DNA of 63,705 bases, filler included, from Licmophora abbreviata (lineage: Eukaryota): the NCBI GenBank assembly GCA_900291995.1. It is 11 parts of 11 records of this genome, joined end to end, with 100 filler letters (N's around TTAATTAATTAA, not from the genome) between each part and the next. Parts side by side here need not be neighbours in the genome. Positions count along the whole stretch, not along the records: positions 44,875 to 56,359 come from OLMU01002367.1; positions 56,460 to 57,568 come from OLMU01002368.1; positions 57,669 to 61,834 come from OLMU01002369.1; positions 61,935 to 63,705 come from OLMU01002374.1; 7 more parts are not named here. One strand, given 5' to 3'. How positions within the stretch are numbered: position 1 is the stretch's first letter; each line of letters starts with the position of its first letter. A program made the translations under genes and the position numbers. Shown piece by piece: positions 54,590 to 63,705 of this stretch. Under the pieces are notes generated by a model. That model was not told the origin of the DNA. It made no database searches and worked only from the letters and a program-made list of their open reading frames with translations.

Positions 54590-55633
54590 ATGAGTTTCAT
54601 TCTTCACGGCGCCAAGAACATCGTCACTGCTGTCCCTGGACTCAAGCAGCTGGCTGAACTAAATGAAGAAGCCGGTCTTGGCAAAGTCTTCATTACGACA
54701 GGATACGGACCGATAGGATACCGCGTTGCTCTTTCGTTGCTCGAGGCCGGTCATACGGATGTGCGAATCGGAATTCCGAAAGGAGAGAGAATCGTCAGCG
54801 CAGACCAAAGCCTTGGACTCAAGACGGAAGAAATCATGAAAGCCAAGGGTGCTGAATGTATCGAATTCGACTGGACCGCGGAAGAAGACGTCGCTGCGGC
54901 TCTCGAAGGTGTCACAACAGTGTTCTGCACCATCCCCCGCATGGAAGGCTGGGCCGAAGCCTTCCCCGCCTTTCTCGACGCGGCCAAAAAGGCCAAGTGC
55001 GACCACTTTGTCAAGGTATCCTTCTACCATGCAGGAGTCAAGGGAGACCCCTACGCCAATGTGCCATTTGTGAAAATGCACGGAGAATGCGACGATCTCG
55101 TCGTGAACGCCGTCTTCGACTCGCGCCTCAACTACACCATCCTGTGCCCTTCGCACTTGATGTCAGACCCTCTCGTCTACCAGGGACAGTGGATTCGTGA
55201 AGACGGCAAGTACTACACGGCTTCCTACGGAATGGGCGTCAACTACGTTTCCCCCAACGACGTCGCGGACGCCGCCCTCTGCTGCCTCTTGGACATTAAC
55301 ACCCACAAGAACAAGACCTACACCATCACCGGAGGCGAACCCTTGTTCGACGAAGATGTTGTCAAACTTCTCTCCGAGTTTGTTGGTACAGAAGTTGAGC
55401 AGGTCGATTTGGGTTATCACAAGTACAAGAAGTTCATGAAGGAAGGGTACATGCCCGATTGGCTTGCGAAGGACTCGGCTGCCATGGAGCGAATCAAGGC
55501 CAGTGGTGCTGACGAAAAGGAAATCAATTATACTACCGATTTGAAGAAAATTATTGGGAAGAAACCAGAGTCCTTCCACTCCTACCTCAAGAGCAAGGCA
55601 TCCATGTCGCTTCAGGAGAATCCTTCCGGTTAA
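54590..55633 (+). CDS. NmrA-like / atypical SDR NAD(P)-binding protein (paralog 1)
   Basis: VFITTGYGPIG Rossmann motif, ALEGVTTVF, HFVKVS, YTILCP, YVSPNDVA, HKNKTYTITG. Confidence 0.88.
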   Translation: MSFILHGAKNIVTAVPGLKQLAELNEEAGLGKVFITTGYGPIGYRVALSLLEAGHTDVRIGIPKGERIVSADQSLGLKTEEIMKAKGAECIEFDWTAEEDVAAALEGVTTVFCTIPRMEGWAEAFPAFLDAAKKAKCDHFVKVSFYHAGVKGDPYANVPFVKMHGECDDLVVNAVFDSRLNYTILCPSHLMSDPLVYQGQWIREDGKYYTASYGMGVNYVSPNDVADAALCCLLDINTHKNKTYTITGGEPLFDEDVVKLLSEFVGTEVEQVDLGYHKYKKFMKEGYMPDWLAKDSAAMERIKASGADEKEINYTTDLKKIIGKKPESFHSYLKSKASMSLQENPSG

Positions 55634-56797
55634 TTTGTTGCATGGTCTGACCGTGATCCATCTGAGTCTTAGTGAGAGAAAGTTGCTTCCATACCTGGTA
55701 TCTCTATTGTGAACGTGGAGCTGAAAGTATCGCTTGATGGAGGAACGCACGAGTTTTTATATGTAATACGCTGTGACACACGCGTTGTAGTGGAACGTTA
55801 CTTTGTGAACGCGTTCTTGGCATACGGCTACTTTTTAGGCTGTTTGACAAAAGCACACACACAGACCTCAATAGGGATATGAAATTTTTCTCACGTAGAC
55901 TCAACTAGTCCATGGATCGTGAAGATCCTGCAAAGAGGACTGAACTCTAAGAAGGGTGTGAAGAAGAGAATCATAACTTCGCACCACTTTTATGGACAGA
56001 CATGGCCTGCGGCACGTCGTTTCTGACTATGGATTGCAAGCAGAGATGGCCAATGGAGGATCACTGGTAGGACTAGCAAAGTCAGCCAAGGAGCCACTGT
56101 TTATTGCGTGTCCGACCAGGATCTGAAACATCGAATCACTCTCTTTCGTGTACCTCCCCGAAAGTAAACCCCAACCACATTCGCGATGCTACTTGCATCC
56201 TTCGAAAGGAATTCGAGGGGCACTGACGACGTAGGAACAATTGTCCTCAGGCGTTTGCAACGTAATCCGTGTTCTGGGATGATGACGGCGATTGCTACCT
56301 TAAGATCGTCCAATTGTCTATTGCGGTAGTCTAGCTAGGCATGTGATTGGCAATCGGATNNNNNNNNNNNNNNNNNNNNNNNNNNNNNNNNNNNNNNNNN
56401 NNNTTAATTAATTAANNNNNNNNNNNNNNNNNNNNNNNNNNNNNNNNNNNNNNNNNNNNAGGTATGATACCATTGTACCGGTGCCGTTGTTGTGGCAGAC
56501 GGGCACACAGGTTTTCCGAAGCCAAGTTGACGACCTTCTATCGTCAAAACGTCAATCTAGACTCTTTCTCAAGACACATCAATGATATTCCTCCACGTCA
56601 GCACCGACATTGGAAACTTGAACTTTGATCCATCTTGTTGTTGAACTTCAAGCTGGCGTACGTATCCATTCGAAACGTCAACAAGCACAATGACAGACGA
56701 AGTTCAAAGTGCAAACAACCGAAAACAACCACGGTCCCCACAAAGCAAAAGGCATTGACTTCTGTTATACTATTCACAAACAAAACAAGAAATCACC

Positions 56798-57945
56798 ATG
56801 AGTTTCATCAAGGAAGGAACCAAGAACGCGGGCAAGAAGCTCGCCGATGTCGTTCCTGGACTCGGCAAGTTCACGTTCAACCCCAACCTCGGAAGCGTGC
56901 TGGTCACGTCCGGATCCGGAGTCGTTGGGTCTCGTGTTGCCCTTTCGTTGCTCGAGGCCGGTCACAAGGATGTGAGAGTGGGAATCTGGAAGGGAGATCG
57001 CGTCGTAGGCGATGTCAAATCCCTCGGCGTGAAAACCGAAGAAATCATGAGGGCCAAGGGCGCTGAGTGCGTCGAATTCAACTGGCAGAACGAAGCGTCC
57101 TTCGCCCCGGCACTCGAAGGTGTCACCACGGTCTTCTGTACGATTCCCCGCATGCAAGGCTGGGCGGAAGCCTTTCCCGCCTTCCTTATGGCATGCAAGA
57201 AGGCACGCGTTGAGCACTTCGTCAAGATCTCCTTCTTCCATGCTGGAGTTCGCGGAGACCCCTACCGTGACGTGCCTTTCGTCAAGTTCCATGGAACCTG
57301 TGACGATCTCGTCGAAAACGCCGTTCACGACTCACGTCTCTCCTACACAATCTTGTGTACTTCTCATCTGATGTCGACTCCCCTCATCCACCAGGGACCA
57401 AGGCTTCGCGAGGAGCACAAGTTCATCACGGCCTCGTATGGCATGGGCGTGAACTACGTGTCACCCAACGACGTGGCCGACGCCGCGCTTGTCTGCCTGT
57501 TGGACCTCAAGAAGCACCGCAACAAGACCTACACCTTGACCGGTCCTGGCCCTATCTTTGACAAGGACNNNNNNNNNNNNNNNNNNNNNNNNNNNNNNNN
57601 NNNNNNNNNNNNTTAATTAATTAANNNNNNNNNNNNNNNNNNNNNNNNNNNNNNNNNNNNNNNNNNNNGTCCAAGCTGTTCGCCAAGTTCTTTGCATCTG
57701 ACATTGAACACATCGAAATGGGTTATCACGAGTACAAGGCCTTTATGAAGGAGAGTGGTTTGCCCACTTGGCTCGCGAGAGATTCGGCGTCCATGGAGCG
57801 TATCAAGGCTAGTGGTGCGGACGAAAAGACGGATGCGTACACCTCTGACCTCGAGAAAATCATCGGTAAGGTGCCGGAGATGTTCAAGGACTATCTTGAC
57901 CACAAGGCGACCATGTCTCTTCAGGAAAACCCTGAGGGCATGTAA
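56798..57945 (+). CDS. NmrA-like / atypical SDR protein (paralog 2), interrupted by a spacer
   Basis: Collinear with paralog 1 (VLVTSGSGVVG...YVSPNDVADAA...MERIKASGADEK...MSLQENP). The ORF resumes after gap 57569-57668. Confidence 0.88.
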
Positions 57946-58584
57946 GGTGCATAGCTTGTTGATGTTTCGCGTTGGAGAAGTGAGACGATCAACCAGCTAG
58001 CTTTTCAGGCATCAAGAACGGATGCGGATTGTAGCACGTATTTATTTTAGGAAAGATCATGTACCTGTTATTCTGGCAGTGGGCAAGACTATACTAGCTT
58101 GAATCAATCAACCTGCTCGTAGGCGTAGAACATCAGCTGGCGCACTTTCTTCAGAATCCGCTGGGTGATTTAGACCCACGAACTTTGTGCTGGGCTGACA
58201 GCCGGATTGGTTCAGTTGCCAGAGAGACAGTAGGTCGGTACGTTGAACTTGTGATTACGATGATGTAAAGAGACAGAGTGTCCATTTCGGACAGACGGCT
58301 GATGTATTCAATAACGTTCAGCTTCGCTCCTACATTCCTGGGGGGCGCACGTGGTTGGCAAGAGAATTTTTGGAATCGGGCCAAGCCTTGCACTTGAGGG
58401 TCGGGTCATTGAAAGAGCGAAGCTCGCGGTCCTCTCCTTCGAGTTCATCCTCGAAGTCCTCATCTTCGTCGACAGGCTCCAAACGGTATCGTAGCTGGTG
58501 TTCGGGCTCCGATGCCTGGGCCTTGATAGCGATGGCCACGACGTTTTTTGATTTTGTCACGGTCAGAGAGAGACCCGCGATTGA

Positions 58585-58637
58585 TTGATTGACTCGACTT
58601 GACTCACTCGACTCGACTGACTCGTGACTCGACTCTG
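58585..58637. repeat. Degenerate (GACTC)n array
   Basis: tgattgactcgacttgactcactcgactcgactgactcgtgactcgactc. Confidence 0.75.
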
Positions 58638-58925
58638 ATGAATGACATTTATTTTGATTTCATTCTCATCCATTCTCGCCAGGGGTATGATGCCTGATTC
58701 TCGCATCACACGACAGCAAGCCACACAAACAGCAGTTTCCAATCCACAATCAGCCTTTTGCTGTTCTAGTAGACGGCTTTGTCAGCCCCTTTTTCATTTT
58801 GGGCTCGGTTTATTAGTACCGAAACACGCTCGTCGAAAATTAAACCCCGTAAAATGTGGGCAACAAAGTGCCGCCCATGTTGTTTGAAGTCTACCATGCC
58901 ACGCATACGGCGCATGCAGGTAGAA

Positions 58926-61570
58926 ATGTACCGGACACAACGGCGCTTCTTTCGAACATCGGTTGTCTTTTCGTTGATGGTATTGGCGGCGACCTTTCAA
59001 TCATCTATTGCTCTTTTGAAACCCATCACCGTTTCATCCAAAAAGGCGGCGCAGTCTCTGATGGCGACGTCTTCGCGACCATCCTTGAGAAATAGCATTC
59101 GGAGTAGTCCCTTCGAGAATAAGCTGTCGCCCCAAGCCAACGTCGACAGTTCCCGACTTGCGAATCGCATCAAGACGTCGCTCTCTCCAGAACGAGCAAA
59201 AAAATTATTGCAAAATGGAGTCTCAAAGGCGTCGGAAGGAAGCCATATGGACCTGGGCAAGATGAGCATCGAACTCCCGACGCTTGGGAGTTTGTCCTTC
59301 TCCCCGGAACAAGCTGCAGATTTCTTTGAACGCGTTTTTCCCAAGACAGAGTCGAAACTAGTGGAAGAGGAAAATATGATAGAGCCCACGTCTGGAGATG
59401 TCCGGATGTTTCCGCTGCCCAAGCTGTTCCCAACCCAGGAAGAAGTCCAGCAGGCAATACTAGAAGCTGCCGTCGCTGCTACCAAGACTGGTTTGGATCT
59501 TGCGCTTCAGGCGGGAAGACAGGTGTTCGTGATTGCCAATAGCACTGCCCATTATGCCAAGGAATCGTTTCAGGGTGCTCGAGAGTCGATTCGTACGCAA
59601 GCGAGCTTGAAAACACCGGTTGGCAAGTTCTTTACGGCGTGGAATGAGGGCGACGTCGACGAGGCAGCGTCACAGTTTGCATCGAACTGCACCTTTGATG
59701 ACACCAGCTACTATGCTACGTTCCAGGGACGAAGCGAGGTGAAACGACACTTGCTGCTTGTTTCAGACGCATATGATGTACCACCCCAGTATGTGATTGA
59801 TGACTTGACTATTTCCAAGGGTGGCGATAAAGCGGGCGTCAAGTATCACTTGGAGAGGGAGGGTGAAGTGATACCGAATACTCGGCGAAATGCATTTTTC
59901 ACCATGGACAAGAAGGTTGCTTTAATCCTTTCGTGCTTTGAGGTCGTGGAGCCTACGAAGAAGACGGGGGCCATTGATCTGGCAATTTTGGGGCTGGCGA
60001 GCAAAGTTCTGGACCGTGGCGACGAAAAAGACGACACGCAATTCTGGGAATCGATCTGGAAGTCCACGATGCCCAAGCTGGAACTACCAGAACCTCTGCT
60101 AGCGATGTGCGAGTTGCTAGATGTCGCCTCAAAAGAAGCTGGAAAGGGAATACGCACCGCTCTGAAACGCGCGACGGAGACCAAGACGGACGGCGATGCG
60201 ACGACCGTTTCATTGGCAGGCGATGCACGGACAAGCGGCTCTAGCACAACGAATTCTTTGGAGCTGACCACGAGGGACGTGTTTGGCAGCACCTGGAATT
60301 CGCAGCATAAGAAAACTTCCCCTGAGAAATACTTCGAAGGTACGATGGTGGAAACAAAGGACTGGAGCTCGTGCGTTGATATTTCAAGCCTAACACTCCT
60401 TTGGTTCGTTCGCCGTAGCCTGGAATCGTCGCGACATGGATGCAGCAGTTGCTGTTTTCACGGATGACTGCGAGTATGAAGATACGGTGTTTCCAAAGCC
60501 ATTCAGTGGTAAACCCGCTCTCAAAAAGCATCTCTTGCGCTGTGCAAAGTCATTTCCTCCGACATTCCAGTTCGTTGTTGATGATCTTGCGAATGGCGGC
60601 GATTCCATTGCCGTACGATGGCACGTGGAGAACAAAGGCGAAGGGCTGCCGTTTACCCGTGGGTGCTCGCTCTACAAGATCGATCCGGAGACGGGAAAGA
60701 TTCAAGAGGGAATCGACGAAGTGGAGCCGGCAGTTCTAAAGCTTGGGGGCCCGACCTTACTGTTCACTTCTCTCAAGACTAAGATCACAACGGAGCGAGA
60801 GCGGCTCCTACCACTCACACTCTGGGCAGCCTACATGTACATTGTATTCTTCTCAGACGGGATATTACCGGGTGCGAATGCCTTGCAGCTCGAGCAACGG
60901 ACTTGGGAAGAAGTTCGAGATTTGAGTCTGAATTTCTTTCTGGTCAGTCCGCTACTAGACCTTCCATTCTCGCCTGTCGTTCACCCCGTACTCGAGGGAG
61001 TCTTTAATCTCTTGCTATCCTGGGCAGCGCTATTCGCTGGATTTTTCAGTGACGAGCGTGACGACAAACCGAATCTGTTTCCAGTAGTTCCGACAGTGGT
61101 GGGTATGCAGTTCCTTACGAGTGCGTTTTATCTGCCGTACCTGGCAGCTCGGACGACTGAAAGTTTCTCGGAGAGTGGCAAGATTTTCCGAGAAGATCTT
61201 GGAAAAGCAGCGCAGGTGGTAGAAAGTCGTCTGTTGGGACCTTTCTTGGGCACTGTCGGTGCGGGTTCTATCCTTTGGGGCATTCTAGGACGCCATGCCG
61301 ATTTTGGAGACTGGAGTGAGCGCGTGGCTAGCTTCTGGGGCCTCATGAGCGTAGATCGCGTTGGCTCGAGCTTTCTTGTAGACTTGACCATATTCGGCTT
61401 GTTCCAAGGCTGGTTGGTCGACGACGATCTCAAAGAGACGCGGCGTTGATATTGAAAGTCAAGAGCATACCATGCTCCGAAACGCTGCCAAGTTTGTCCC
61501 ATTCTTTGGCTTGGTAGCCTACATGGCGCTACGACCACAATATCCGTCACGCGAAGACGACACAGCATAG
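58926..61570 (+). CDS. Protein with two SnoaL/NTF2-like domains and a C-terminal multi-pass membrane domain; signal peptide; intron 60340..60418; apparent frameshift near 61432
   Basis: FFTAWNEGDVDEAASQFASNCTFDDT and YFE|AWNRRDMDAAVAVFTDDCEYEDT...GLPFTRGCS. Transmembrane region SLNFFLV...HPVLEGVFN...FLTSAFYLPYLA. After the shift: LKRRG...FVPFFGLVAYMALRP, ending at TAG 61570. The exact start is uncertain. Confidence 0.8.
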
Positions 61571-61598
61571 TCTAGTCTCTTATGTTGACTTGTACACC

Positions 61599-62011
61599 CT
61601 ACGTTTCCGACAGTTGCCAGTCAGGACGTGCATTGCCTGGCTCGTCCGCTTCGGCATCTTTCTCCGGCTCGGGTTGCATCCACAAGTGTCCCCACGGATT
61701 GCCAAACTCGTCCATGTCGGAGTCTAGCGGCACCCCCGCTCCGACAATCCCACCCGGTGTAAGAGTTGCCAGTGCTTCCCGCACTCCATAGTACGATTCC
61801 TTTCTTCCATAGTCTTCGTCAAAGACCAGTGGCTNNNNNNNNNNNNNNNNNNNNNNNNNNNNNNNNNNNNNNNNNNNNTTAATTAATTAANNNNNNNNNN
61901 NNNNNNNNNNNNNNNNNNNNNNNNNNNNNNNNNNATCCGACGATTGTTGACGACGACCGCCAGAATCAATACCACAATGAGCGCCATTGAGAAACACTTT
62001 AACGTCGACAT
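61599..62011 (-). CDS. Probable glycoside hydrolase family 10 protein, mostly hidden in a gap
   Basis: The segment below the gap reads PLVFDEDYGRKESYYGVREAL, matching the GH10 C-terminal PLLFDxxYxPKPAYxAV motif. The segment above the gap gives MSTLKCFSMALIVVLILAVVV (signal/anchor). Confidence 0.6.
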
Positions 62012-62524
62012 GCTTGCCTTCTTCGTTGCTTCGGTGCTAAAAGAGTCGATGCACGGCAAAATAAGGTCCACAAAACAGACTATGGGAGGGTGAAGAGTGA
62101 TGAAAGAGGAAAACGCCGATGCAGGTCGCACTCTCGCGTGTGTCGTCGCGAGGGCCATCCTCATCGTCGCGCACCGCGGTGTGCCGAGTTTCGTGAGAGT
62201 GCGCGCTCCATGGATGACTGTGATCGAAGCGAGCTCGTATGTACAGGATGTTCTTTCAAAATCACGCCATCCGAGCAGCGATGCACTTCCAAACTAGCAT
62301 TTCCTGTCTCCTGGCAACGCACGAGTCGCCTTATCTTTGAGCAGGAGTTCTCCTGTCCTTGACATGGGACCAGAGCCTTTTCCTCGCTCTGTCTCCTTTC
62401 GCCTTTTTCTTTCATCTTGCACGCACTACGACAGACCCGTCTGGCCGGCCTTTCACCGAATCTTTTCCGCGTCTTTTTGTTTTCCCGTCTCTTTCTTCCA
62501 AAGTGTGAACAGAACTTGATGACC

Positions 62525-63705
62525 ATGATGAAAAAATCGTCCAGTGCGAACGGGAAGCAGTGGCTCTCCGCTGTCAAAGAGGACAGTCCTCTCCTCGAGA
62601 CAGAACTGAGCGAAGTCTTGTCTCAACATGGCGACAGAGAATTGAGGAAGGACAAGATTAACCATCGTCATCCATCTATTTTCTTCCGACTGCCCCGTTT
62701 CGATAGGGACGCAGTGTACTTTGCTGCTAGGCTCGCTGTCGTATTGACGCTATCCGCCCTTTTTGACCTACTTCGAACGCGCACTTCGCATGCCACCTAC
62801 CCCTATGGAACCTGGGTCATAATCTCAGCCTTGTTTGTTTCCTGGTTTCCAAGTCTCGATGCGGCCAGCGTGCTCGAAAAGATCATGCAACGTTGGTTGG
62901 GCACTGTCATTGGAGGATGTCTGGGCCTGATTTGTGGGCTCATCTCATTGACGTTTTCCAATCGTTCTAGTCAAGCAGTTTTTCTGGGCTTCTGTATGCT
63001 GAGTACGACGTTCTGCGTTGTCTCACTGGCAGGTCAGATGCGATGGGGACGAGTCAAGCTGATCCAACGTTTCTCGTACGCGACTCTGCTCTGCATGTCC
63101 ACCTTTTGTATCTGCATGATGCCCTTTGGGCTTGATATCAGTCCTCCCAAGTGGAAACCTGCTGTATTTCGGGTCATCAACGTGACACTGGGGTGCTTTG
63201 TTGCCGCTCTCGGTGCCATCTTTGTCTGCCCACGGTCGACGATGAACGTCTTGCGCGAAAAGACGGAAAGGCAAGTCAAGTTGGCGGGAGAAGCCAGCGA
63301 AGCTGTCTTAATGACGGCGGCAGAGGCCTTTGCCGGACGCATTCAAGTGCGACTCTTGTCGAAAGAAATTATGGAAAGTTCGCGCGACAAGTTGACACTG
63401 ACACTGCTGCGGTCCGAAAGCATACACAACTACTCGGGTCGTGACAAAACGAGCCGAGCGGAAGTGGCACTGGAAAAGTACGAAGACGCCATTTCCGATT
63501 GGAAAGCGAGTAAAGCCCTGTTTCCGTTATTATCGTTTGATCCCTTCACTATCTTTGCAAAGCCGACCGACAAGGCATATCCAACAGAAATGGCAACAAC
63601 TCTATCGCGAGCGTTACGAATACAGGCAACCGTTGTCGTCTTGGACGGCATGGTTCGCAACGAAGCGGAGTGCGAGTTTAGCGATGGACTTTTACTTTTG
63701 TTTGC
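62525..63705 (+). CDS. ALMT / aromatic acid exporter (FUSC-like) membrane transporter, 3' truncated
   Basis: Open frame from ATG 62525 with no stop in the window (absent from the ORF track): FAARLAVVLTLSALF...GTWVIISALFV...EKIMQRWLGTVIGG...FRVINVTLGC. Confidence 0.75.
   Translation, partial: MMKKSSSANGKQWLSAVKEDSPLLETELSEVLSQHGDRELRKDKINHRHPSIFFRLPRFDRDAVYFAARLAVVLTLSALFDLLRTRTSHATYPYGTWVIISALFVSWFPSLDAASVLEKIMQRWLGTVIGGCLGLICGLISLTFSNRSSQAVFLGFCMLSTTFCVVSLAGQMRWGRVKLIQRFSYATLLCMSTFCICMMPFGLDISPPKWKPAVFRVINVTLGCFVAALGAIFVCPRSTMNVLREKTERQVKLAGEASEAVLMTAAEAFAGRIQVRLLSKEIMESSRDKLTLTLLRSESIHNYSGRDKTSRAEVALEKYEDAISDWKASKALFPLLSFDPFTIFAKPTDKAYPTEMATTLSRALRIQATVVVLDGMVRNEAECEFSDGLLLLF

Noticed and set aside
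12953..61934. Repeated TTAATTAATTAA palindrome as a biological repeat or mobile element end
   Set aside because: It is always centred in identical N-runs and is a six-frame stop linker added during scaffolding.
1..63705. The many 60-200 aa ORFs antisense to or overlapping the called genes
   Set aside because: These are shadow ORFs expected in ~50% GC coding DNA. They have no motifs and many start at non-ATG codons.
1..63705. tRNA, rRNA, prophage or bacterial operon/defence system
   Set aside because: No cloverleaf or rRNA-like sequence was recognised. Genes with bacterial-type names (panC, ilvA, tauE) carry spliceosomal introns and are nuclear.

Overview
Eukaryotic nuclear DNA, not prokaryotic. 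It is gene-dense, has short GT-AG introns (mostly ~75-130 nt), and several proteins carry signal peptide + 'ASAF'-type bipartite plastid presequences. This points to a diatom or closely related photosynthetic stramenopile (inference). The window is a scaffold of 11 contigs joined by ten artificial 100-nt spacers (N-run/TTAATTAATTAA/N-run). At least five single-base frameshifts interrupt conserved genes, most likely as sequencing errors. About 27 protein-coding genes are supported. Housekeeping and metabolic genes: eIF2B-alpha, Pol I subunit RPA49, EAPP, VPS13, Vps72/YL1, Mot1/BTAF1, REX4, PanC, IlvA, two tandem NmrA-like SDRs and a probable GH10 glycosidase split by a gap. Transporters: TauE/SafE, an SOS1-like Na+/H+ antiporter and an ALMT/FUSC-like protein. 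Four loci stand out. (1) A plastid-targeted protein that appears to consist only of the FtsZ C-terminal domain, with no GTPase domain. (2) A Dictyostelium PdeD/PdeE-type cyclic-nucleotide phosphodiesterase (metallo-beta-lactamase + cNMP-binding domains). (3) A very basic orphan protein with dsRBD-like and 'HAxxRxxER' nuclease-like motifs plus a higher-order 72-bp repeat. (4) A PNUTS-like gene with an anomalous ~900-nt intron that could hold a premature terminal exon. All family assignments come from motif recognition by eye; no searches were run.
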